Source: an uncultured delta proteobacterium (GTDB taxonomy: Bacteria > Desulfobacterota > Syntrophia > Syntrophales > UBA2192). Taken from it: a stretch of DNA of 64,000 bases. The notes beneath the pieces were generated by a model. The model did no database searches, had not been told where the DNA came from, and was given only the letters and a program-made list of their open reading frames with translations. Of this stretch, positions 38,517 through 48,133 are shown piece by piece; positions within the stretch are counted from its first letter, which is position 1, and each line of letters begins with the position of its first letter. Location of the stretch: NCBI GenBank assembly GCA_963705165.1, contig CAVPJD010000024.1, positions 32,001 through 96,000 of the forward strand. The letters are read 5' to 3'. Position numbers and translations under genes: made by a program.

Positions 38517-38564
38517 AATGATAAATCCTCTTTCTGCCCTTTCGAACCGGACGGACGCCGGACA

Positions 38565-40075
38565 TCACCGGATGTGGCGCTCCCAGAGGGCTCTCGAGTC
38601 AACGGGCTGCATCTGCTCGTTGTACCTGGGGTTCTTCCCCTCGAAGTGGACGTAGTCGTAGGGCTTGCCTTCCCGGTACTCGCCCGTGGCCGTGTTCTTC
38701 GTGCCCCAGCTGTCGCTCCGGTAGACGGCGCCTCCCTCCATGGAGGAGATCCAGTCCTGCTGGCCCCGGATGTAGCTTGTCCGCTGGTAGTCGATGTAGT
38801 CCATGCTTTTCTGCCTCTCGTCGTAGGCGGCCTGCATCATCTGGCGGATCTCCTGGGCGTTGCGGGTCACCATGGCCGAGGTCTGCTGCTGCATCTCGCG
38901 AAGCCTGCGGGCGCCCTGGGCGGCGTAGTCCGACGCCCAGCGCTCGTTGATCTTGTAGGAGCCAGCATGGCGGCGAAATTGCCGGCCCAGGGGCCGAAGC
39001 GATCCGCCGGGGCCGTCACGGTCAGGTGCCGAAAGCTCCAGTTGGTCCCGAGACGCGAGCCGAAGGAGATCCCGAAGGTGTATCCCCGGGTCGCCTTTCC
39101 CTCCTTGTTCGTGAAGGTGTAGATGAGCTCCTCGACGGTGACGGGCCCCGCCGTGTAGACCTGCCCCATCTGCCGGGCCATGTCGGAGCGCGGGATCACC
39201 TTCTCGTAACGCATATTCGAGGCAAGCCCGTAGCGCGCCGTGATGAACTGCCAGGCCTGGCCGGGGGCGAGGTACGGCGAGACAAGGATGCCGGGCTGGT
39301 TGACCCGCATCTGCGGAGTGAGCAGGTCGACGTTGCCCGAGATGAACGAGTAGCCGCCGGGATCCCCTGCAACAAAGGTCCCCTTGCCAAGGTCCTGGCA
39401 CTGCCAGCCCTGCGGTATCACGAAGGAGGCCGAGCCATCCCTCAGGCGGTAGGGAACCAGCTGCACCCGGACGGGGGCTGCCGCAGCCTGGGGGGCAGCG
39501 GCGCCCTTCATGACGCGGATGTTGGAAAGGACCGTGAGAAGCGTGGGCTTCATCGCCGAGAGCTGCCCTGCCGGCGCCTCGATGCGGGCACAGGCGGATT
39601 GGCCCCCCTGCAGGGACACCCACGAGCGGAACTCGGTCTTGCCCCGCTTCGGAGGCGTGTAAGTTCCGTCGAAGGCGAGCGACGATCCGTCACGGGACGC
39701 GAAGGCGCTCCGGATCTCCAGGTCCGGGGCTGCACGGCCGAGCTTGGCGGCCTCGCGCTTCGCCAGGGCCGTCACGTTTTCGCCCTGCGAAGCCGCCCCG
39801 GTCGAGAAGAACACGAAAGAACGCCCCGAGGGGTCCGAGGCGGTGACCTGGAGGGCCTGCCCGTCCGTTGACTCCTGCGCCTTCCACCCATTGGGAACGT
39901 AGAGGACGAAAGAGGCCTGCTGCGTGACGATCTTCTGCATTCCCGAGCCGGCGGGGGTCGCAGCCCGGGCGCCCTTGCCCGCCTGGGCGAAGCAGAGGCC
40001 GTACAAAAGCGTTAACACGAGCGTGGCGATGGCGGTGATACACAGCGTACGGGTTGGGTTTGTACGGATGCTCAT
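38565..40075 (-). pseudogene. Secreted hypothetical protein with a -1 frameshift near 38961
   Basis: ORF 38867..40075 (..NFAAML) continues as SYKINERW.. in ORF 38565..39623; adding one base gives about 503 aa. Confidence 0.7.
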
Positions 40076-40359
40076 GGCTGGCCTCCTTTCGACACCGATC
40101 TCAATGGACTATCCCAAATCAATTCACCCCTCTTAACTGCGGGAAAGAAAAGCGAATCGGAACCACTGTGCCATTGTGGCACAATCCGGGGCCATTCGAT
40201 AATGGCCCCCCGGGGCTCTCATGGCGAGCCAACCATCGGGAATAAAAGCAGCTTTGTCAACTCCGGCCCTGCGGCACGGCTGATGCTCATCCCGGAGACC
40301 AGGAAGAACAAGGTCAATCCAAAGGATCTTTGAACTCGCAAAAAAGAGAGGATTGCAAA

Positions 40360-40722
40360 ATGAAAATGCTCAAGATTCTCTTCGTCCTGTTTTGCCTCCT
40401 GGCTTACGCGTGGACATTCAGCCGACCAGTGCAGGCCCAGGTTTTTCAACCCCTGTACGCTTCACACCCGACGGGCGCAGCCGGTGAGGACACGCGACCT
40501 TTCAAGGCGCTGGTCGAGAGGACCAGTCCGCTCTTCGCCGACAGGCAGATGACTTTGAAGATCACCGATGTCCCCGCGGGCCAGCAGGTCACGGTCCTGG
40601 AGAAATACACCACGAATCGGAGCGATCGACTCCTGGTCCTGCTGGTGGCCTATGCCGACAAGGACGGAAGGGAACGCACGGGCTGGTTCTGCGGCACCCT
40701 GCATGTCCACTATCCCCATTAG
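40360..40722 (+). CDS. Hypothetical secreted protein
   Basis: Signal peptide ending VQA; GAGGA RBS. Confidence 0.65.
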   Translation: MKMLKILFVLFCLLAYAWTFSRPVQAQVFQPLYASHPTGAAGEDTRPFKALVERTSPLFADRQMTLKITDVPAGQQVTVLEKYTTNRSDRLLVLLVAYADKDGRERTGWFCGTLHVHYPH

Positions 40723-40827
40723 ACTTTCGGAGGGCCCGGGGCAGGCATTTCCCCAGTATCGCCCAGTCAGCCTCGGGCCCTCGCCTCCTCGCCAGTCGGA
40801 AAGTATTCCACGGCCGCTTTTCTGGCC

Positions 40828-41316
40828 TCAGCGCGACGTGTAAAACATGAAGGTCACGAGGAAAGGCAGGTGGGAAAATTCCCTGTTTTCCGTCTCGACA
40901 AAGCCAAGTCCCCGGTACCAGTCCTTCAGCTCGGCCTGATCCGCGATGACCCCAATACCGACGCGGTGGCAGCCAAGCGCCCCTGCCTCCGACAGCACGT
41001 GTGAAACCAGGGCTTTGCCAAATCCGCGCTTTCTTTGATCCGGGAGCACCGCGAGGCGCTCCAGGTAGCAGACTTCCGGCTTGGCCCGCTCGAGAGCCAC
41101 GCTTCCGACAGCGCGGCCCTCGCTTTCCAGAACGAAATAGGTGACGCCGCGGTCCATGTCCTTCTCGATCCAGTCGGCCGTGCAGTTGGACGCGTGCCGG
41201 GGGCAATTCTCCTCGGTCAGGCCGAAGCGCTCGGCCACTCCCCTGAAGGAGCCGCGGATCGTCTCTGCCAGGATGCCGACGTCCTCGCGGGTGCAGGTGC
41301 GGATCTGATAATTCAC
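40828..41316 (-). CDS. GNAT acetyltransferase
   Basis: LAVLPDQRKRGFG and WY..LGF motifs. Confidence 0.9.
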   Translation of the reverse strand: MNYQIRTCTREDVGILAETIRGSFRGVAERFGLTEENCPRHASNCTADWIEKDMDRGVTYFVLESEGRAVGSVALERAKPEVCYLERLAVLPDQRKRGFGKALVSHVLSEAGALGCHRVGIGVIADQAELKDWYRGLGFVETENREFSHLPFLVTFMFYTSR

Positions 41317-41385
41317 GCTGAGTCTCTTATCCGGCGGATTTCGATATTTAATCCCTCTTCTCCGCCCGGGAATCGTCCCTTCAGC

Positions 41386-41742
41386 CTATCCCAGCCAGGT
41401 CCGGGCCTTGCTTTCCTCGCCCGACGGAAAGAATTCAACGGCCGCCTTCCGGTGGCCCGCTGCGAGGAACGCGAGAAACGGATCCCGCCACTTCTCGTCG
41501 GCGACGACGGCGATCTTCTCCATGTAGGGGTCGTACTCGAGCATGAAGCGGATATCCCCCCAATCGCCCTCCTTGCCCCAGCCGGCGAAACCGTCGGCGA
41601 GAATCAGGATCTTGATCTTCGAGCTGCGATCGATCTCCGCCCGGCCGGCCGCTTCCATCGCCTTCCGATCCTGATTCGTGAACACACCCGATATCCGGAG
41701 GATGTAAAGCCCCGATGGCTCTCTGTCCCCTGATACGCCCAT
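41386..41742 (-). CDS. STAS/SEC14 (SpoIIAA-like) protein
   Basis: F.GW..., KIAVV.D.KW and FF...E..A..WL motifs. Confidence 0.82.
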   Translation of the reverse strand: MGVSGDREPSGLYILRISGVFTNQDRKAMEAAGRAEIDRSSKIKILILADGFAGWGKEGDWGDIRFMLEYDPYMEKIAVVADEKWRDPFLAFLAAGHRKAAVEFFPSGEESKARTWLG

Positions 41743-41881
41743 ATCCTTCTCCTTTCGGCCGGATGCCCGGCAGATATGAAGCCACCGCAAACAGAGCGGG
41801 GCTTCCCGGTAAGAAAGAGCCAAACATGATTGCGCACCCTACCCCCGCCCACAAGGCGGGGCCTGCGGGATGCGCCCCCGG

Positions 41882-42211
41882 TCAATCCACGATGAACAGC
41901 TTCGCGCCTCCGGCGGTGAACGAGCGATGGGCCTCCGCGTTGTCGGCCACCTGGTAGCTCATGCCGGGCGTGAGAACGGACATGCGGCCGTCGGCCAGCT
42001 CGGTGTGCAGCTCCCCCTCCAGGCAAAACAGAATGTGCCCTTTGCTGCACCAGTGATCGGCGAGATAGCCCGGCGAATACTCGACCATGCGCACGCGAAT
42101 ACTGCCAAAGTTCCGGGTTCGCCAATAGGCAACCCCGGTCTCGCCCTTGTGCTCCGTAACCTCCACGGACGACCAGTCGGTCGTCCCGAAGGGAATATCT
42201 GTCATCTGCAT
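41882..42211 (-). CDS. DHCW-motif cupin-fold protein
   Basis: RMVEYSPGYLADHWCSKGH and SYQV.D..E.HRS motifs. Confidence 0.9.
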   Translation of the reverse strand: MQMTDIPFGTTDWSSVEVTEHKGETGVAYWRTRNFGSIRVRMVEYSPGYLADHWCSKGHILFCLEGELHTELADGRMSVLTPGMSYQVADNAEAHRSFTAGGAKLFIVD

Positions 42212-42292
42212 GAGCGTGTCTCCATTTAAGCCCCGGTCACTGACAAAGGGTCGAGATTGGGTCGCTTTACTCCCTGACCCCTGCGCCTTTCG

Positions 42293-42874
42293 CTATTTGC
42301 CTTTTTTTCTCACGGCCTGCCCGATCGAAAAGGCATCGCCCAGCCGCTTGCCTGTGCCGTAATAGGCATTCGCCTCGGGGGCATAGAAAAAGGGTTTCAG
42401 CTTTTCAACGTCCGGCACCCCCTTGTCATCCAGGACATCCTCGTCGGCCTTGACGTCGAGGATCTCACCGACGAATAGCGTGTGCAGTCCCAGCTCGATC
42501 TGATGGACCAGCTTGCATTCCAGGACGAGGGGTAACTCTTCAATGTAAGGGGCGTTGACCAGGGTGCTTCGGACCGGAGTAAGACCGGTCTCGGCAAACT
42601 TGTCCGCCTTCTTTCCCGACACCATGCCGCAGTAGTCGGCCTGGACGGCATATTGATCGGAGGGGATACTGATGGTGAAGCCGCCCTGCTGAACAATGTT
42701 TCCGTAGGTGTACGTGGCCTTTCGCAGCGAAACGGCCACGCAGGGGGGGCTCGAGCAGCAGATGCCGCCCCAGGCGGCCGTCATGACATTCGGCCTTCCT
42801 GTAGCGTCATAGGTTCCCACGAGCATGATCGGCGTGGGATACAGGATCGTTTTGGCACCGAGTGACTTTTTCAT
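42293..42874 (-). CDS. Flavin reductase family (flavoredoxin-like)
   Basis: PNVMTAAW, D.CG.VSG...DKF, LECK and H.LFVGEI motifs. Confidence 0.9.
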   Translation of the reverse strand: MKKSLGAKTILYPTPIMLVGTYDATGRPNVMTAAWGGICCSSPPCVAVSLRKATYTYGNIVQQGGFTISIPSDQYAVQADYCGMVSGKKADKFAETGLTPVRSTLVNAPYIEELPLVLECKLVHQIELGLHTLFVGEILDVKADEDVLDDKGVPDVEKLKPFFYAPEANAYYGTGKRLGDAFSIGQAVRKKGK

Positions 42875-43027
42875 TTCACCCTCCTTGAAGGATTGCAGGT
42901 TCAGTCAATCATCACGTCTGATCACTTGCCCCCGGGGGGGCGAGGCTCCATCGGAGCTTCAGCTTACGGAGAAAAAAACCGATACTAGTTCCGGGAGCAA
43001 CCACAACACGCCTGCAGGAGTGCATCC

Positions 43028-43228
43028 ATGGATTTTGGAACCACACTGATTTTCTCGATCCTCTTTGGATCGATAGGCATGGGCTATTTTGTCTATGGCA
43101 AAAAGCAACAGGCGGCTCTCCCCTTGATCGCCGGTATCGGTCTTTGCCTTTTTCCTTATTTCGTCTCCAACGTCTATATCATGGTTCTCGTGGGAATTGT
43201 CCTGATCGTCCTGCCTTGGGTGATCTGA
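43028..43228 (+). CDS. Small membrane protein
   Basis: FGSIGMGYFVYGKKQ..FPYF; AGGAG RBS. Confidence 0.8.
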   Translation: MDFGTTLIFSILFGSIGMGYFVYGKKQQAALPLIAGIGLCLFPYFVSNVYIMVLVGIVLIVLPWVI

Positions 43229-43292
43229 CCGGCCAGAAACAGGGGACGAATCTCAACATTTCAGACTGAGCCCGGTGTTTCCTGCTTTTCTC

Positions 43293-43754
43293 TCATTTGT
43301 CCTGAATCTGTATCAGAATTTCTTCGCCTTTCGCGCAGACCACGCCTTCCGCGGACAATGTCACGCTCACAGTGACTTTACGGCCCTTGATCTCCATGAT
43401 CCTTCCCCTCAACTCCAGGGACGTTCCCAACGGTGTCGGTTTCAGGTAATCCACTTTCAGGGATGCCGCGACAAAGCGTGGAAGAGGTTTCTCACCCAGG
43501 GAATGCCCCTCCTCCCGCAATTTCGCCGCCGATGCGGTAGCGGCGCCGTGACAATCGATCAGGGAAGCGATGATGCCTCCATAGGCGAATCCGGGAACGC
43601 CTCCCGTGTAATACGGCTGGGGCGTGTAATGACAGACGCTCTCTTCGCCGTCCCAGTAGCTCTTGATGTGCAGCCCCTCGTGATTGAGCCGCCCGCAACC
43701 GTAGCAATGCGCAAATTCATCGGGATAGTAATCTTGAAAGGCTTTCTTCTCCAT
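43293..43754 (-). CDS. PaaI-family thioesterase
   Basis: CYGCG..N..GL, YGG..ASLIDCH and VDYLKPTP motifs. Confidence 0.88.
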   Translation of the reverse strand: MEKKAFQDYYPDEFAHCYGCGRLNHEGLHIKSYWDGEESVCHYTPQPYYTGGVPGFAYGGIIASLIDCHGAATASAAKLREEGHSLGEKPLPRFVAASLKVDYLKPTPLGTSLELRGRIMEIKGRKVTVSVTLSAEGVVCAKGEEILIQIQDK

Positions 43755-43811
43755 CGTTTACTCCTTCTTCAAGGGAGGGTCTGCGGGTCCCTTACATCAA
43801 CCTTTCCCGCA

Positions 43812-43970
43812 TCACCGCTTCCAAAATAACAGATAAAGCACCGTCGCAATACCCGCCCCAATCGCAACGGGCGACCCAAACGGAATTGCGTCCCACAGAC
43901 TTTGCATTTGCCCGATGATGCCCGACAGGAATTCGGATGATTTGGATGCCAGCAGCCCGTATTCGACCAT
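43812..43970 (-). CDS. Small membrane protein (52 aa, not in the ORF track)
   Basis: MVEYGLLASKSSEFLSGIIGQMQSLWDAIPFGSPVAIGAGIATVLYLLFWKR; GAGGA RBS; C-terminal TM plus KR. Confidence 0.6.
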   Translation of the reverse strand: MVEYGLLASKSSEFLSGIIGQMQSLWDAIPFGSPVAIGAGIATVLYLLFWKR

Positions 43971-44044
43971 TGGTTCCTCAACTCACAACCCCTGGGGCGT
44001 TGTTTGTTTCAATTATCTTGAAATACAAGGCCTTGCCTCTATCA

Positions 44045-44416
44045 TCATGGCTGTTTAAAACTAAAATAAAATGTTTTTGCCTCATAATCATCATAAAAGG
44101 AGATATCATCTCCGTTCACCTCGCCGTTAAAATGACAAGGTGTCAAATCATCCCAGCCCTTGAACGTATTACCATTTATCTGCACATCGATGAGATGGCC
44201 ATGGCCGAAATCGTATAGATCGAGGATGTTCTCTTCTCTGGGTCCGGCAGTATAACAGCCCCTGTCGTTACTGAATATGTTAATGAAACTTGGGCTTATA
44301 GTCCCCTCAAAACTTACAGACTTGGATTGTAAATGATCATAGATGGATAACGTGTCCAGGCCGGTGATGATCCGTCCGGCAATATAGGCGATCGTGGGAC
44401 GCAGTTTTGGCTGCAT
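44045..44416 (-). CDS. Hypothetical protein
   Basis: 123-aa ORF with GAGGA RBS in a lower-GC stretch. Confidence 0.7.
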   Translation of the reverse strand: MQPKLRPTIAYIAGRIITGLDTLSIYDHLQSKSVSFEGTISPSFINIFSNDRGCYTAGPREENILDLYDFGHGHLIDVQINGNTFKGWDDLTPCHFNGEVNGDDISFYDDYEAKTFYFSFKQP

Positions 44417-44494
44417 GGCATTTATTCCTCACTCGAATTTATTCCGCACGCAATTGCACAACCGGCTCTTTCGACGATCAGGTGCGGCGAGTAG

Positions 44495-45070
44495 TTATGC
44501 TTTCCTTTTGTTCTTGAGTTCCTTGTACCTGAAGCAGTCTACGACATGATCATTTACCATGCCTACTGCCTGCATGAAGGCGTAACAGATGGTCGGCCCG
44601 ACGAACTTGAACCCCCGCTTCTTCAAATCCTTGCTCATGGCATCGGACTCAGGGCTGCGAGAGGGGATCTCCGCCATCGTTCTCCATGAATTCCGGATCG
44701 GTTTGCCATGAACGAATTGCCAGATGTAGCGATCGAAACTTCCAAATTCCTTCTGAACCAGCAGAAATGCCCTGGCATTCGTGATCGCCGCGTTGATTTT
44801 GAGCCTGTTTCTGATGATCTCTGAATCGGTGAGCAGCCGGGATACTGTATTCTCAGAGTATCTGGAGATTTTCCGGGCGTCAAAATTGTCAAAAGCTCTT
44901 CTGTAACCTTCCCGCTTTCTCAGGATGGTCGACCAACTCAATCCCGCCTGTGCGCCCTCTAAAACAAGAAACTCGAACAGCGTCCTGTCATCGTGGATCT
45001 CCACACCCCATTCATGATCATGATAGGCCCGTTCGAGTTCGCTTCGATTGGCCCAGTCGCAACGTTTCAT
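44495..45070 (-). CDS. tag: DNA-3-methyladenine glycosylase I
   Basis: RCDWA, YHDHEWG, QAGLSW, IIRNRLKI, FVGPTICYA and NDH...C motifs. Confidence 0.95.
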   Translation of the reverse strand: MKRCDWANRSELERAYHDHEWGVEIHDDRTLFEFLVLEGAQAGLSWSTILRKREGYRRAFDNFDARKISRYSENTVSRLLTDSEIIRNRLKINAAITNARAFLLVQKEFGSFDRYIWQFVHGKPIRNSWRTMAEIPSRSPESDAMSKDLKKRGFKFVGPTICYAFMQAVGMVNDHVVDCFRYKELKNKRKA

Positions 45071-45099
45071 CCGCCTGCTGTTTTCCATGACGTGGGCTG

Positions 45100-45297
45100 T
45101 CATTTCCTCTTGGACAGTACATCCATAACTAATGGGATCGTGCTGATCGCCCCAATCAGAAATAATGTCCACCCGAGCTTCTTTCGCTCGCCTTTTTCCA
45201 GATGATCGGCAAGCAGCAGTGCGCCTCCCGCCCCCAACATGACGCGGGTGCCGGCGATCAACATAATCTCCGGCAATGCCAATTCCGCTTTCTTCAT
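45100..45297 (-). CDS. Small membrane protein
   Basis: TRVMLGAG..LL..GW.L..IGA.STIP. Confidence 0.7.
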   Translation of the reverse strand: MKKAELALPEIMLIAGTRVMLGAGGALLLADHLEKGERKKLGWTLFLIGAISTIPLVMDVLSKRK

Positions 45298-45373
45298 CGT
45301 ACGGCCTCCATTCTACCGCCCTGTTGCGTCATTCAGTTGGTTCCGCTCCACTGCCAACGGAATCAGCACCCCT

Positions 45374-46036
45374 TCATTTCTGAGCCCTGCTTTCGACCTT
45401 TGTCGCAAATACGTACGCCCTGCGGCTTTGATATTCCACGCCGGGGTAGGGCTCCCTTTCGATGGTCTCTATTCTTTCGAATCCACTTTCCCTCAGGATT
45501 CTGGAAATCCAATCTATGTTGAAGAACATCACGTCGATATCGACCTTCCTGCCGAGGAACTCGTCCAGGTGGATTGTCCTCTCCCCTACGTGGTATGTCA
45601 ACAAGAAGAGCCCGCCCTGTTTCAATACACGAAACACCTCGCGGAACGCGGTTCCAACCTGTTCTTCCGTGAAATGAATGATCGCGTAGAACGCAACGAC
45701 GCCGGATATCGTTTCGTCTTCGAAATCGAGACGGAGAATGTTTCCCTTTCTGAAGTGGATGTCCGGGTGACGTGCTCTCGCCTGTTCCAGCATGGCCTCT
45801 GACAGGTCCAGCCCCGATATTTCCATGCCAAGGTCTTTCAGGTATCTTGCCGTGTTGCCGGGACCGCAGCCGAAATCCCAGACCGGTTTTCTGTTTGCCA
45901 TCTCCCGGCGGAATCTTCCCAGCAACTCGCGGTCCTTCGGTTTCTTTTCATGCTCGCCGGAAAACGCTACCGCCCAATCTCCGGCGATTGCGTCGTAAGA
46001 AGTCTCTATCTTCTTCAAATCCTGATTCATCCTCAT
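45374..46036 (-). CDS. Class I SAM-dependent methyltransferase
   Basis: DFGCGPG, GLDLS..M and RVLKQGG motifs. Confidence 0.92.
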   Translation of the reverse strand: MRMNQDLKKIETSYDAIAGDWAVAFSGEHEKKPKDRELLGRFRREMANRKPVWDFGCGPGNTARYLKDLGMEISGLDLSEAMLEQARARHPDIHFRKGNILRLDFEDETISGVVAFYAIIHFTEEQVGTAFREVFRVLKQGGLFLLTYHVGERTIHLDEFLGRKVDIDVMFFNIDWISRILRESGFERIETIEREPYPGVEYQSRRAYVFATKVESRAQK

Positions 46037-46111
46037 GGCGAAAGGAATACGGCCGTCTGTGCGTCCTGCAGAAGAGTGCAGATCTCAAGTTTTTAGTCTG
46101 CCCCAGATCTT

Positions 46112-46513
46112 TCATGCTTTCCCCCCTCTGGAAAGCATGTAGCCTGAGGTGAATAGCACAATCAACATCCCCTGAAAGATGAGCATCGGCGCCATGGATG
46201 AGAGGGGCGCAAAGCCGCTCGAAACGGCATAGATGCCGCTCGCCATCAGTCCGAGGATCACGACGTTCGTGATGACCAGGACATCCCTCCGCTCTACAGG
46301 CTTCCTGTCTGCCCAAAGTAAAAGGATAGTCCACCCCACCATGAGCGAACCGGCGATCCCCATTGCGTATCGATAAGGTATTCCCGGAATCATGTGAGTG
46401 AGAGGGCTCTCGAAACCAAGGACCGCCTGGGAGAGCATGACCCATGCTGCAATCCCGTCTGAAATCGCTCCGACCCAATAGCTGATACGCAGCCATCTGG
46501 TATTTTGTCTCAC
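46112..46513 (-). CDS. Hypothetical membrane protein
   Basis: Four hydrophobic segments; GWT.LL.WADRKPVER. Confidence 0.7.
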   Translation of the reverse strand: MRQNTRWLRISYWVGAISDGIAAWVMLSQAVLGFESPLTHMIPGIPYRYAMGIAGSLMVGWTILLLWADRKPVERRDVLVITNVVILGLMASGIYAVSSGFAPLSSMAPMLIFQGMLIVLFTSGYMLSRGGKA

Positions 46514-46670
46514 GAAGTCACCTGCACGGATCCGTATATCTCCATCAACATTCCGTCTTCGGTCCGCAAAGACTCAAGGATAAAGATTTGACCCCTTTTC
46601 TACATCACCGATAATATATTCTGTCGCCATAATTGAACAATAGATAGTGTTAGCCTCACTATTGACCTTC

Positions 46671-46798
46671 CCGCGGCGAAGGGAAAAAGGCCAGAGACAA
46701 GGCGTCGGGGCGACTGAGGAATGAGGCGTACTTTGTGCGTACGTCGCAGTGACGAAGGCGCCAGGCAACGCAGTATGTGGCCTTTTGAATTTCGCCCC
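46671..46798. mobile_element. MITE-like palindromic element, copy 1
   Basis: AAAAAGGCCA..CAAGGCG..GAGGAATGAGGCGTAC..GTACGTCGCAGTGACGAAGG..GCAACGCAG..TGGCCTTTT; homologous to the adjacent copy. Confidence 0.6.
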
Positions 46799-46812
46799 TT
46801 TCTTGCCGCTAA

Positions 46813-46935
46813 AGGCTGGTCAAAAATGGCCAGATGCAAGGCGCCCGACGAGCCGCGGAGCGAGGCGTATAGAGACATACGTTGAGCGACGCGGGGCAAG
46901 GGCAACGCCGCAGATGGCCGTTTTTGATCCAGCCT
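46813..46935. mobile_element. MITE-like palindromic element, copy 2
   Basis: Terminal inverted repeat AGGCTGGTCAAAAATGGCCA / TGGCCGTTTTTGATCCAGCCT. Confidence 0.65.
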
Positions 46936-46936
46936 T

Positions 46937-47131
46937 TCAGTCTTTCTTTGAAACCTTGACGACTATACTCCTACAGCACTCCTCATTCTTGATGAGAAAC
47001 GCATCGGGCTTTTCCATGATCTTGTACTGGCCGTTGGCCTCGATGATGAGGTCATCCTGGGTCAGGCCGTCTGTCTTGTTGATGATCATGAAACGTCCGA
47101 GGGGAACACCGCCTTCTTTAAGAACTGCCAT
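46937..47131 (-). CDS. Small hypothetical protein
   Basis: 64 aa; strong AGGAGG RBS. Confidence 0.75.
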   Translation of the reverse strand: MAVLKEGGVPLGRFMIINKTDGLTQDDLIIEANGQYKIMEKPDAFLIKNEECCRSIVVKVSKKD

Positions 47132-47149
47132 TTCTACTCCCTCCTAATA

Positions 47150-47390
47150 ACGTTTATTTCGTTTGTTTCGTTTATTTCGGCAGAAAAAGTGCTGAGGTCT
47201 AAGTGCCTGAGGTTAAAGCGAGATTGTCGCGGGGCGTTCGCCCCTCGCAATGACAGAAGGGAAAATCCCCCTCTATCCCCCTTTATGAAAGGGGGATTTC
47301 ATAAAGATAAGTAACGTAGATTGCTTCGTCGGCCTGTGGGCCTCCTCGCAATGACTTTCTTTTTCCTCGAACCTCGTTCCTCGGTCCTCT
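47150..47390. repeat. Repeat cluster: 9-mer tandem (GTTTATTTC x3), two GATTG..CTCGCAATGAC hairpins, one CCCCCTTT..AAAGGGGG hairpin and CCTCGnn heptamers
   Basis: Read directly; GATTG..CTCGCAATGAC also at 48069-48094. Confidence 0.7.
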
Positions 47391-47440
47391 TCTTTCTTCT
47401 ACACTGGTCACTGAGCTTACCGGTCACTGCCTGATTTTGC

Positions 47441-48022
47441 TTACAGCAAAATCAGGCCCGTCCACGTGACCTTCTCCGTCACGGGGAAGTGGAGTTCCGG
47501 GAGTCCCGAATTTACCAGCGTGCCGATGACGTCTATGCCCATGGCCTCCATGGAGGGCCGCGCCCGGAAGGGGTGGCGGCAATGGCCCTCGGGCTCCATG
47601 ACGATGCACTCCTCGCATAGACGGCAGCATCCGCCGATGAGCCCCGTGGCAAAGCGGAAGTCCGCCTCGAAACAGAGCCGCTCACCCAGGTTCACCAGTT
47701 CGTGGAGCACCCGTGCGGGGTCGAAGACGGCCTTGGTTCTCCCTTTTGTCTTCTTGTGAAGGGGAACGCTCAGTTGCACAACCAGCGCCTTGTCATAACG
47801 TGCAAGCGCAGCCCGAAACTCCGCAACCGATGGAAGATAGGGCGGGCACATGAGGTTCTTGCCGTAGGATTCGCAGATCGGAATCTGGCATTTGAGGCGC
47901 ACGCGCTCATCGACGATCACGTCGGTGGCCTTGATGATCTTGACCTCCGAGGCGCCTTTCTTCTTGAGGGTGTCGATGACTTTATTGAGTTTTTGTGATG
48001 GCGTTTTCGCGGACGGCTTCAA
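47441..48022 (-). CDS. DUF2284 metal-binding protein
   Basis: RLKC..P.C..YG.N..CPP, GCC..C..C and RPSMEAMGIDV motifs. Confidence 0.88.
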   Translation of the reverse strand: MKPSAKTPSQKLNKVIDTLKKKGASEVKIIKATDVIVDERVRLKCQIPICESYGKNLMCPPYLPSVAEFRAALARYDKALVVQLSVPLHKKTKGRTKAVFDPARVLHELVNLGERLCFEADFRFATGLIGGCCRLCEECIVMEPEGHCRHPFRARPSMEAMGIDVIGTLVNSGLPELHFPVTEKVTWTGLILL

Positions 48023-48133
48023 ATGAATACTCCTTGTTTTATTGATGAAAAGCGAAGAGGAAATCGCGGATTGCCGCGCTTCGCTCGCAATGACGTTTAT
48101 TTTGTGCCTCGGACCTCGATCCTCGAACCTTCT

